This document shows positions 42,856 through 50,688 of a stretch of 53,621 nt of DNA, one piece after another. Origin of the DNA: a virus. The notes beneath the pieces are model-generated. The model did no database searches and was not told where the DNA came from. It worked only from the letters and a program-made list of their open reading frames with translations. How positions within the stretch are numbered: position 1 is the stretch's first letter; the number at the start of each line of letters is the position of its first letter. The translations under genes and the position numbers were made by a program. The DNA lies in the IMG/VR virus record IMGVR_UViG_3300036468_000001. One strand, written 5' to 3'.

Positions 42856-43059
42856 CTACGAGTTAGGTTGTCCTTCGTCAATGAGCTGCGTCAGCTTCAT
42901 GCACATCATCAGGCAGGCCATTACGAGCGCGGGGGCGTCGTGCCGTTCGGCTCGTACGATGTCGAAATCGACCTTGCCGTTTTCGTCAATGTGGACGTAC
43001 AGGTTTCCGCGGTAGACGGTGCTCTGCCCGTCAAAGCCGCCCGGTTCTCGTGTGGCCAT
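42856..43059 (-). CDS. hypothetical protein (immunity-region moron)
   Basis: 67 aa, downstream of the cI-like gene on the same strand. Confidence 0.5.
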   Translation of the reverse strand: MATREPGGFDGQSTVYRGNLYVHIDENGKVDFDIVRAERHDAPALVMACLMMCMKLTQLIDEGQPNS

Positions 43060-43111
43060 GTGTGCTGCCTCGCGATCGTTTGGTATTCGCCGCTTTCGCT
43101 TTCTGTAAGCT

Positions 43112-43765
43112 TCAATGTCGAATATTTTTTGATCGCTTTTCCCCGACTCTTCGCGCCGCACGTTTTTCCTCGGTACGTGTGGCGAGGTGGCTCTCAGCAT
43201 CCTCCATGGCTCTCGCGGCCTGCTCGCTGATGCTCTGCATCGCGGGTGAGGACTTTACCGCCTCGTCTTTCTTCAGAGGGGTCAGTTTGCCACTTTCCGG
43301 CGCTCTGAGTTGGGAAAAAAGCACGCGCACTGCATCAAAAGTTTCACGCGGAGCGTCTCGTTTGTATGCCTCCCGGATAGCCGCAATCGCGTCCTGAACA
43401 TAGGCCGGCAAAAGCGCATCCACATACTGTTCGGCTTGAGATCGGGCTTCCTCTTCAGTGAGTGAAGACTGATTTTTTGCCTCAAATACGGCGGTTGGAA
43501 CCTTGTTTCTGTCGAGCTGCACGTAGTCGATGCTGTGCTTTGGCTCGCGGCCAGTCAGCAGCCAGTCGGTGGTGACATTGAACTCGTGCGCCAACTTGGC
43601 GAGGGTCCCCATCTCTGGCGTCGATTTTTTCCCCAGGATTCGGTTGATGGTGGGCTGTGGAACACCCGTCTTTTTGCCGAGCGCACTTTGGCCGCCGCGC
43701 CCCCTGTACAGCGGGTTTGCCTGCATTAGTTCGTTCAGTCGATCGCCTACATCATCTTCTTTCAT
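43112..43765 (-). CDS. cI-like XRE-family HTH repressor (no S24 peptidase signature seen)
   Basis: QSALGKKTGVPQPTINRILGKK...LAKLAHEFNVTTDWLLTG. Divergent from the cro-like gene. Confidence 0.7.
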   Translation of the reverse strand: MKEDDVGDRLNELMQANPLYRGRGGQSALGKKTGVPQPTINRILGKKSTPEMGTLAKLAHEFNVTTDWLLTGREPKHSIDYVQLDRNKVPTAVFEAKNQSSLTEEEARSQAEQYVDALLPAYVQDAIAAIREAYKRDAPRETFDAVRVLFSQLRAPESGKLTPLKKDEAVKSSPAMQSISEQAARAMEDAESHLATRTEEKRAARRVGEKRSKNIRH

Positions 43766-43772
43766 AAGCCCG

Positions 43773-43801
43773 ACTATGCAAGGGTGAATAGATCGGGTCA
43801 A
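43773..43801 (-). promoter_or_regulatory. PRM-like promoter candidate for the cI-like gene (near-leaderless)
   Basis: Minus strand TTGACC-N17-CATAGT, ending 7 nt before the ATG at 43765. Confidence 0.35.
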
Positions 43802-43807
43802 AGTTCG

Positions 43808-43848
43808 ATTCATTCGCGCATTGACAAATATTCGTTCGCGTATAGAAT
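43808..43848 (+). promoter_or_regulatory. PR-like early-right promoter with an operator-like 19-mer
   Basis: TTGACA (43821-26), N16, TAGAAT (43843-48). The inverted copy of the 19-mer lies at 43808-43826. Confidence 0.45.
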
Positions 43849-43856
43849 TGGCATTC

Positions 43857-44072
43857 ATGAACACGCTAACTCCCTCCCAGCTGCTTGCCGAGATCAAGTC
43901 GATGACCAAACTCGGCGAAAAGGCTATTGGCGACCGGATTGGCTGTTCTCAGCCGACGGTCAATCGAATTCTCAACGGTCAATCGGACTGCAAGTCCAGC
44001 ACGTTGATGGCGATCCTGCGGTGGCACGAAGAGCTGCGTGCAGCTGAAGAATCCGGCGAGAAGGTGGCTTAA
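43857..44072 (+). CDS. Cro-like HTH regulator
   Basis: GEKAIGDRIGCSQPTVNRILNGQ is an HTH. Divergent from the cI-like gene. The ATG lies about 8 nt after the -10 element. Confidence 0.65.
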   Translation: MNTLTPSQLLAEIKSMTKLGEKAIGDRIGCSQPTVNRILNGQSDCKSSTLMAILRWHEELRAAEESGEKVA

Positions 44073-44128
44073 ATGCCGACCTTCCGCCAAACGGTGGTCT
44101 CCGCGCGTTCCCCCGGACGCGATGGTTT

Positions 44129-44156
44129 GCCCAGCCTTCGGGCTGGGCTTTTTTAT
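44129..44156 (+). terminator. rho-independent terminator (tR1-like position)
   Basis: Hairpin GCCCAGCC-TTCG-GGCTGGGC followed by TTTTTTAT. Confidence 0.7.
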
Positions 44157-44294
44157 GCCTTGTTCGTTCGCTGCTAGCGGGCGGATTGCAGTTTGCATGG
44201 CGGTTCTCGGCGTCTTGATGGCGCCTTTATTTGGCGCGTCGCACAACCGGTTATTCAACCGGTTAGGCGATCAAATTTTTCTAAGAAGAACGAT

Positions 44295-44639
44295 ATGACC
44301 GAACTCGGGCTCGTTGGGGGAGCGGTACATGCCCCTGAATTTTTGCCGGCTGACGAAGTCGCCAGATGCAAGACCTATCGCGAAGCGGTCCGACTTTCAT
44401 GGATGCACCGCAGATCGAAGGGAATGACTCAGGCGACTCTCGCCGAGAGAACGGGGTGCTACCCGTCTCACGTTTCGGACTATCTGCACAGGGATGACAA
44501 GCCGTCGCGTCGTGATCTCCCTGCAGAGCGCCTGGACGCTTGGGCATCGCACGTTGGCAACTGGGGTGTCCATCAATGGCTCGCCCGTCAGGCCAAGTTG
44601 ACGTTTATGGAAGAAGTCATCGCACAGAGGGCGGCATGA
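44295..44639 (+). CDS. HTH DNA-binding protein in the cII-like position
   Basis: MTQATLAERTGCYPSHVSDYL is an HTH. It follows cro and the terminator. Confidence 0.55.
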   Translation: MTELGLVGGAVHAPEFLPADEVARCKTYREAVRLSWMHRRSKGMTQATLAERTGCYPSHVSDYLHRDDKPSRRDLPAERLDAWASHVGNWGVHQWLARQAKLTFMEEVIAQRAA

Positions 44640-44824
44640 ATGCACCCGAACAATCAGCCGAAGACGCCGCGCGTGAAGCGCGTATCGAGTCGTTGGGCCA
44701 GCGAATGGTTATGTCTGCGGACCTGACCGAGCGTGCACATCTGTGGCGCGAGATGCGCGCTGAGATCGAGGCTCGCTCAGTTGAGCAGGTTATCCGGATG
44801 GAACGCGAGAAGGGGCTGCTGTAA
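44636..44824 (+). CDS. hypothetical protein
   Basis: ATGA overlap upstream and TAATG coupling downstream. 62 aa. Confidence 0.5.
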   Translation: MNAPEQSAEDAAREARIESLGQRMVMSADLTERAHLWREMRAEIEARSVEQVIRMEREKGLL

Positions 44825-45639
44825 TGGCTGGTGAGTGGATCAAGATGCGCCATGACCTCGTAGACGATCCTGCGGTTGTGCTCATTGCGAGCAGAACCAG
44901 CATCGACGAATACGGCGTCGTAGGACGCCTGCAAAAGCTCTGGAGTTGGGCCGATCGTCACACTGTGGACGGTAACGCTATGAGCGTTACACGTTCGTGG
45001 ATTGATCGTTACGTTTCGTGTTCTGGCTTCGCAGATGCGATGTTTGAGGCTGATTGGCTTGAGGGCGACGACGGCGCCATCGATATTCCAAAATTTGAGG
45101 TGCACAACGGCGAAAGCGCCAAGAAACGGGCTCTCGGAAACAAACGCGTCGCTTTGTCACGCAACAAGCAACGCGAAGGTAACGCTGGAAGTAACGCAAA
45201 TGGTAACGCTGACGGTAACGCACCCAGCGTTACAAAAAGCGTTACCAGAGAAGAGAAGAATAAGAGTAGTAAACAACCCCCCATACCCCCCATGGGGGGC
45301 GAAACCGAGGGAACGAAAAAACGGCCAATCGTCGCGCTGAAGACTTTCCTCGAGCAATGCAAGGAAAAAAGCGAAAAGCCGATTCTGGAAAGCGATACGG
45401 TTTTTGACTACGCGACGAAGACTGGTATTCCGGATGACTTCCTCCGGCTGCACTGGCTCGAATTCAAGGCGCGCTACTGCGAAGAGGGCGCCAAGCGGTA
45501 CAAGGACTGGCGTTCGGTGTTCCGCAAGTCGGTGCGCGGAAACTGGTTCAAGCTCTGGTGGATCGGTGCTGACGGCAGCTGCGCGCTGACAACGGTCGGC
45601 GAGCAGGCGAAGCGTGCGCACGGGAGAGATGCCGCATGA
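44824..45639 (+). CDS. replication initiator (lambda O-like role) containing the origin iterons
   Basis: Lies directly upstream of dnaB, has internal phased iterons, and its C-terminal domain is a plausible helicase-recruiting region. Confidence 0.6.
   Translation: MAGEWIKMRHDLVDDPAVVLIASRTSIDEYGVVGRLQKLWSWADRHTVDGNAMSVTRSWIDRYVSCSGFADAMFEADWLEGDDGAIDIPKFEVHNGESAKKRALGNKRVALSRNKQREGNAGSNANGNADGNAPSVTKSVTREEKNKSSKQPPIPPMGGETEGTKKRPIVALKTFLEQCKEKSEKPILESDTVFDYATKTGIPDDFLRLHWLEFKARYCEEGAKRYKDWRSVFRKSVRGNWFKLWWIGADGSCALTTVGEQAKRAHGRDAA
45179..45245. repeat. origin iterons: four direct GTAACGC plus two inverted GCGTTAC, all at 12-bp spacing
   Basis: Direct copies start at 45179, 45191, 45203 and 45215. 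Inverted copies start at 45227 and 45239. A purine-rich AT-rich tract and the palindrome CCCCCCATGGGGGG follow. Confidence 0.6.
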
Positions 45640-47033
45640 ACGCCCCCGAAAGATTCGAAGAAGAAGGCGGTCTGCGGACGCCGCCGCACAGCGTCGAGAT
45701 GGAGCAATCGGTGCTCGGCGCGCTGATGATCGACAACGACGCGATCGACATGCTCTCCGGGCTGAGCGCCCAGCATTTCTACCGCTACCAGCACCGGATC
45801 ATCTTTGAGCACATCACGAAGATGATCGTGGCGCGTCGGCCGGCAGACATCATGACCGTCTACGAGTCGATCTGTACGGCCGGCAAGGACATGGAGTGTA
45901 GTCTGGCCTATCTCAACGCGCTGGTCGCGAATACGCCTGGTGCGGGCAACATCGCGCGATACGCCGAGATCGTGATCAATCGCTGGAAGCTTCGCGGCGT
46001 GATTTCTGCTGCCGACGAGGTCAGTTCGATTGCGTACAACCCGGGCGGCAGGGAGGTCGACGACATCATCGGCGAGGCTCAGACGAAGCTTGAGTCGCTG
46101 TCGGAACTGACTTCGGATGCTCCGAAGCTGATCGCCGAGAGCCTGCCGGAACTGCTTACCGACATCGACGAGCAATACCACAGCGGGACCACATCGAAGA
46201 CGGTTGTCCCGACCGGCTTCAAGACTCTCGACTGGCGGCTCGACGGCGGCCTGCGTGGTGGTGAGCTTGTGGTGGTGGCAGGACGGCCCGCCATGGGCAA
46301 GACAGCGCTCGCGATGGGCATCGCGGACAACGTGGCGGACAACATCGGGCCGGTATGTGTCTTTTCGATCGAGATGCCGTCGAAGCAACTCAACATGCGT
46401 TCGATCGCCAGGCATGGGGGAATCCCGGTTTCCAGGCTGAAAGACGGATCGAAGCTCGAGGACGGCGATTGGCCGAAGATCACCAGCGCCGTCCAGCACC
46501 TGACTGAGTTGCCCGTCTACGTGGACGAATCGAGCGTCATTTCTCTGTCGGACATCGTCAGTCGTAGCCGGTCGATGAAGCGTCGGAACGGCCTTTCGAT
46601 GGTCGTGATCGACTATCTCGGGCTGGTGAAGCTCGGCAAAGAGGAACGTCACGACCTACAGATCGGCGCTATTACGCGCGGTCTGAAGTTGCTCGCCAAG
46701 CAACTCGACGTGCCTGTGGTGCTGTTATCGCAACTCAATCGCGAGCTCGAGCGCCGCCCCAACAAGCGGCCCATGGTTTCCGATCTTCGTGACTCCGGCG
46801 CGATCGAGCAGGACGCCGACATCATCATTTTTCTGTACCGCGACGAGGTCTATCACGAGGACACGCCAGACAAGGGCGTCGCCGAAGCGATCGTCGCCAA
46901 GCAGCGTAACGGCTCGCTCGGTACTGCGCATCTCGCGTTCATTGCCGATCAGGCGAAATTCGGAAATCTGCAGGGCGGCTATATCACGGTGCCCCGTACT
47001 AAGCCACGACCATCTAGAGGTTTTGACGAATGA
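45636..47033 (+). CDS. dnaB: replicative DNA helicase DnaB
   Basis: PPHSVEMEQSVLGALM, Walker A GRPAMGKTALAMG, SLSDIVSRSRSMK and QLNRELERRPNKRP. Confidence 0.9.
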   Translation: MNAPERFEEEGGLRTPPHSVEMEQSVLGALMIDNDAIDMLSGLSAQHFYRYQHRIIFEHITKMIVARRPADIMTVYESICTAGKDMECSLAYLNALVANTPGAGNIARYAEIVINRWKLRGVISAADEVSSIAYNPGGREVDDIIGEAQTKLESLSELTSDAPKLIAESLPELLTDIDEQYHSGTTSKTVVPTGFKTLDWRLDGGLRGGELVVVAGRPAMGKTALAMGIADNVADNIGPVCVFSIEMPSKQLNMRSIARHGGIPVSRLKDGSKLEDGDWPKITSAVQHLTELPVYVDESSVISLSDIVSRSRSMKRRNGLSMVVIDYLGLVKLGKEERHDLQIGAITRGLKLLAKQLDVPVVLLSQLNRELERRPNKRPMVSDLRDSGAIEQDADIIIFLYRDEVYHEDTPDKGVAEAIVAKQRNGSLGTAHLAFIADQAKFGNLQGGYITVPRTKPRPSRGFDE

Positions 47034-47566
47034 GCACGATCGAAACCGAATTCGACATCGCACCGGCGATCATCTCTGCCGATTATCTCGGCGCCCGAAT
47101 GATGACCGTGAACATTCTGGCGCTGGATCTTGGCACGCAACTCGGCTGGTCGACGCGCGACGCGAACGGCCGCATTCGCCACGGATCGGTCAGTTTCCAT
47201 GCAAAGCGGAATGACGGCCCGGGACAGCGATGGCTGCGCTTCACTGCGCATCTGTCAGCGCTGAAGCGCGAGGTGGGCGAATTTCACGTCTGCTACTACG
47301 AGGACGTGAAGCGGCACGCTGGAACTCAGGCCGCGCACGCGTACGGCGCGTTCGAATCTCACCTGCAGGTCTTTTGCGACATCAACCGGATTCGCCTGGA
47401 GGCGGTAGGCGTTGGCCAGATCAAGAAAAGCTGGACGGGAAACGGCGCAGCGAAGAAAGAATCGATGATCGCCGAAGCGCATCGCCGCGGATTCAATCCG
47501 GCGGATGACAACGCTGCCGACAGCCTGGCAATTCTTCACTACGGCATGGCACGGGAGATTGTATGA
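47030..47566 (+). CDS. RuvC-like Holliday junction resolvase
   Basis: ILALDLGTQLGWS...DNAADSLAILHYG follows the RuvC-family pattern. Confidence 0.65.
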   Translation: MSTIETEFDIAPAIISADYLGARMMTVNILALDLGTQLGWSTRDANGRIRHGSVSFHAKRNDGPGQRWLRFTAHLSALKREVGEFHVCYYEDVKRHAGTQAAHAYGAFESHLQVFCDINRIRLEAVGVGQIKKSWTGNGAAKKESMIAEAHRRGFNPADDNAADSLAILHYGMAREIV

Positions 47567-48177
47567 GCGGAAAACCGGGATTAAAAGCCATTCCCTGGAC
47601 GCCGGAACAGGATGAGTCGCTTCGTCAGATCTGGCCGACGGACAAACGCATCAAGGCAAACATGGATCTGTTCGGGGAACACACGTACGGAGCGATTATG
47701 ACGCGCGCGTACGAACTCGAACTGGGGAAGCGCCCGAACTGCCCGCGAGGACAGTCTCCGATCGCGTGGAAATTGGTTGAGTACCAACTCAAGCGCAATC
47801 CGTTGAATCGGTACCGTGCGGCGGAGCGCGCCAATCTGGATCCGGCGACAGCCCATAAGGTTTTGACGCTCGCTCACGCCGAACGTCGCGTGCACATATT
47901 CGACTGGGAACGTCGGACTAAGACAAGTGCGCTGATTCCTGTCTACAAGCTTGGCGACGGTGTCGATAAGCCAAAGCCTCCAAAACTGAGCAACGTGGAA
48001 AAAACGAGGCGCGCGAGAGAGAGGGATAAACGCCGCCGTATCTTTGCCGGCGAATCGGTTCAGGGATTCAATCCTTTCGTAACCGCCATCGGTCAGGCTC
48101 GCGCACCCGATGGCGGCAGTGGGCGAGTCTTTCAGCAGTCAATGAGCCTGCGCGACTTCGACGAGGAGGCCGCATGA
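47563..48177 (+). CDS. hypothetical DNA-binding-like protein
   Basis: 204 aa with a basic central region. Operon-coupled. Confidence 0.55.
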   Translation: MSGKPGLKAIPWTPEQDESLRQIWPTDKRIKANMDLFGEHTYGAIMTRAYELELGKRPNCPRGQSPIAWKLVEYQLKRNPLNRYRAAERANLDPATAHKVLTLAHAERRVHIFDWERRTKTSALIPVYKLGDGVDKPKPPKLSNVEKTRRARERDKRRRIFAGESVQGFNPFVTAIGQARAPDGGSGRVFQQSMSLRDFDEEAA

Positions 48178-48347
48178 AGCGGATCACGAAAGACATGGTC
48201 AAGAGCGGCGGCTGGCGGTACTGCTGCGTCTGCCGGCGCAACGGCCCGCGCGTAAAGGCTCATTGGGAGCACGAGGGGCGCGAGTACTGCGACGAGCACA
48301 AGCCGGTTCAGGCGCCTGTGTCGGCGGCGCGGGAGGCGCGAGTATGA
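48174..48347 (+). CDS. 57-aa Cys-rich (zinc-finger-like) protein
   Basis: ATGA overlaps at both ends. Contains CCVC...H...C..H. Below the ORF-track cutoff. Confidence 0.45.
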   Translation: MKRITKDMVKSGGWRYCCVCRRNGPRVKAHWEHEGREYCDEHKPVQAPVSAAREARV

Positions 48348-48643
48348 AGTGGCCTTTCTATTTCGGCATTCCCGGTCGCGATCTTCCCGCGTGGCTGTGC
48401 GTCGTGGCACCGATACCGGAGTATGAATCGATCGCCAATGTCGGACGCGTCGCGTGGAATCAGTTTTCTCTGGTCTGGAACTGGAAGCGTCGGTACGTCA
48501 TCCGCAGCCTTTTCGGGATGTGTCCTATTCGGCTCGAAGAGGTCCGGCATTGTGTCATCACATTCCATTCGCCCGAGGGGTCAAACAATGTCGCGTACAT
48601 CGACGTTCGCCCGCTGATCTGCGCAATTGGACCTTTCCTATGA
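48344..48643 (+). CDS. hypothetical protein
   Basis: ATGA-coupled, 99 aa. Confidence 0.5.
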   Translation: MKWPFYFGIPGRDLPAWLCVVAPIPEYESIANVGRVAWNQFSLVWNWKRRYVIRSLFGMCPIRLEEVRHCVITFHSPEGSNNVAYIDVRPLICAIGPFL

Positions 48644-49065
48644 GTGCGCGGCTCTACAAGGAGTTCGTGCTGAACGGACCGGCTGTCTGGCAGCTCGTCA
48701 AGGAGCTGATCCGCGAGCACGCCAGAGCATACATCGAGCGCGGCACGCCGCTGAGGCTGATCCTGACCACGGAAGAGCGCAAGCGGACGCTAGAGCAGAA
48801 CGGGCGCTACTGGTCGAAAGCGGTTCTGGGAGCGATCGCCGAGCAAGTGTGGATCGACGGCAAGCAATACCCGGAAGAGGTATGGCACGAGGAGTTCGCC
48901 GAACGCTACTGCCCGCGAATCGAGATCACGCTGCCGAGCGGCCAGATTTTCTCTCGTCGGAAGTCGACCAGTGAAATGACCGTGAAGGAGTTTTCGGAGT
49001 ACGTGCAGCGCGTGGAAGTGCATGCAGCGACGCAATTGGGCGTCGAGTTCGATTCGATGAATTAA
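48640..49065 (+). CDS. ninB: NinB-like recombination protein
   Basis: RTLEQNGRYWSKAVLGAIAEQ and STSEMTVKEFSEYVQRVE resemble the NinB family. Confidence 0.6.
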   Translation: MSARLYKEFVLNGPAVWQLVKELIREHARAYIERGTPLRLILTTEERKRTLEQNGRYWSKAVLGAIAEQVWIDGKQYPEEVWHEEFAERYCPRIEITLPSGQIFSRRKSTSEMTVKEFSEYVQRVEVHAATQLGVEFDSMN

Positions 49066-49093
49066 CCCGCAGTACCAACCCAAGGAGCAGGCA

Positions 49094-49516
49094 GTGACTC
49101 ACGCATACATCGGCACCAAGATCATTACGGCATGGCCTGAATCCCGTCCGAACGGCGAAGGCTACGCAGTCACGTATCCGGATGGCTATACGAGCTGGTC
49201 GCCTAAAGCTACTTTCGAAGAAGCGTATCGCGTCGTCGAAGGCGACGACCAGAAACTGTCGTTCGGCGACGCGCTGGTTTTTCTGAAGGCTGGTCGGCGC
49301 GTATCTCGCGGTGCTTGGCCCGCCAGTGTGTTTGTCTATCACGTGGCTGCTGATGCTTACATCGCGCGCTCAGAGGTGGCGAAAACTCACTTTGGTGATG
49401 GTGCGCTAGTGCCATATAAGGCGTATCTCGCGATCAAACAGGCCGACAACGAAGTGTGCGTATTCGTGCCGGGCATGGATTCGCTGCTTGCGGAAGATTG
49501 GCGCGTCGTCGCGTAA
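49094..49516 (+). CDS. DUF2829-domain protein (Tad2-like candidate anti-Thoeris sponge)
   Basis: GTG start after AAGGAG. LSFGDALVFLKAGRRVSRGAW...YLAIKQ...PGMDSLLAEDWRVV follows the DUF2829 pattern. Confidence 0.6.
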   Translation: MTHAYIGTKIITAWPESRPNGEGYAVTYPDGYTSWSPKATFEEAYRVVEGDDQKLSFGDALVFLKAGRRVSRGAWPASVFVYHVAADAYIARSEVAKTHFGDGALVPYKAYLAIKQADNEVCVFVPGMDSLLAEDWRVVA

Positions 49517-49603
49517 CTCGAAACCCCGTGGCGGCAAGTGCTTGGGGCAGCGGAAGTAGCGCGTAAGACCCTAGGCGGCACGAATCGATTGGAGAAAGTG
49601 GGC

Positions 49604-49927
49604 ATGAAACTCTGCAAAGACTGCAAATTTGGTCCAAAGCCGTTTCAGATTGATTTCACGACGGGCCACACGGCCTATTGCTCGCATCCGAATGCACCAG
49701 TCGATCCTGTCTTTGGAAACAAAGACGGCTCTTTCCAGTTAATGCGATCGGTCAATTGCCTGGTCGATCATTGCGGGCCGAACGGAGACTGGTTCGAAGA
49801 AGCACCCTCTTGCCAGCCACCAGTCGAGCCGAAGCGCGAGCGTGACTATGCTGGTACATACGGCGGCACCGATGACGTCGTGCGGCGTACCGGCTTCCTT
49901 GAGCGCATGTTCGGGAGGTGGCTCTGA
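49604..49927 (+). CDS. Cys-rich small protein, paralog A
   Basis: GGAGAAAG RBS. MKLCKDCKF...CGPNGDWFEEA. Confidence 0.55.
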   Translation: MKLCKDCKFGPKPFQIDFTTGHTAYCSHPNAPVDPVFGNKDGSFQLMRSVNCLVDHCGPNGDWFEEAPSCQPPVEPKRERDYAGTYGGTDDVVRRTGFLERMFGRWL

Positions 49928-50196
49928 TGAAGTTCTGCAAAGACTGCAAGCACTTCGAGCCGGAGTTTAGTTGCGATGGTGGCTCGCTACTGCCGGGTTT
50001 CTTCTATTACAGAGAGCCGCTCTGCAAGCATCCAGATGGCGCGAAAGAAGTAATAGACCGCGTCAAAGGGGATCATAGGTGGCTGAACATGGGGTGCAAA
50101 TTTAACAGAGACAGTGAAGATGCCTGCGGTCCGAGGGCTAAGTGGTTCGAACCCGCCAATCTGGACGGTCGGCTGGCGATGCTGGAGAACGACTGA
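49927..50196 (+). CDS. Cys-rich small protein, paralog B
   Basis: TGATG coupling. MKFCKDCKHF...CGPRAKWFEPA. Confidence 0.55.
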   Translation: MKFCKDCKHFEPEFSCDGGSLLPGFFYYREPLCKHPDGAKEVIDRVKGDHRWLNMGCKFNRDSEDACGPRAKWFEPANLDGRLAMLEND

Positions 50197-50360
50197 TGAT
50201 CGAGATCAAACCCGCCGTTGAGCAGAAAGCCTGCGGAAACGATGACTGCCGTGATTTGACCGACGACTGCACTTAGGTCGTCGATAAGGTCCATTGCTGG
50301 CTGTACGACCCCGCTCGTGGGATGTGTCCGTTTTTGCGCAAGGACGGCGATGACCGCTAG
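50196..50360 (+). pseudogene. short ORF interrupted by an in-frame TAG at 50274 (26 + 27 codons)
   Basis: The ATG overlaps the previous stop. The frame stays open after the TAG until a second TAG at 50358. Confidence 0.3.
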
Positions 50361-50688
50361 GTTGATCTTCCCGAAAACACTCACCTATCGGAACAAGCGC
50401 ATCCGCGACTCCGCGCGCGACGAGGAATGTCTAGTGCGTCTGCCGGGCGCGTGCCTGTGCAATCCGGAAGCGACTATCTGGAGTCACTACCGCGGCGGCG
50501 CGGGCGGCAAGGGCGGCGCGCTAAAGGCTGATGACCTGTGCGGCGCCTACGCGTGCACGGCGTGCGATGCGGTGTACGACGGGCAACGGCCGCCGCCGGC
50601 GGGGATGACTTACGACGAGGTTGTTGCGGCGTGGCACGAAGGGCACATCCGGTCGATCGTTCGTCTGCATGAAAAGGGCGTCATATGA
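50350..50688 (+). CDS. DUF1364 (YbcO-like) protein
   Basis: ARDEECLVRLPGACLCNPEATIWSHYR...CTACDAVYD parallels E. coli YbcO ARGRECQVRIPGVCNGNPETSVLAHIR...CSACHDEID. Confidence 0.65.
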   Translation: MTARLIFPKTLTYRNKRIRDSARDEECLVRLPGACLCNPEATIWSHYRGGAGGKGGALKADDLCGAYACTACDAVYDGQRPPPAGMTYDEVVAAWHEGHIRSIVRLHEKGVI

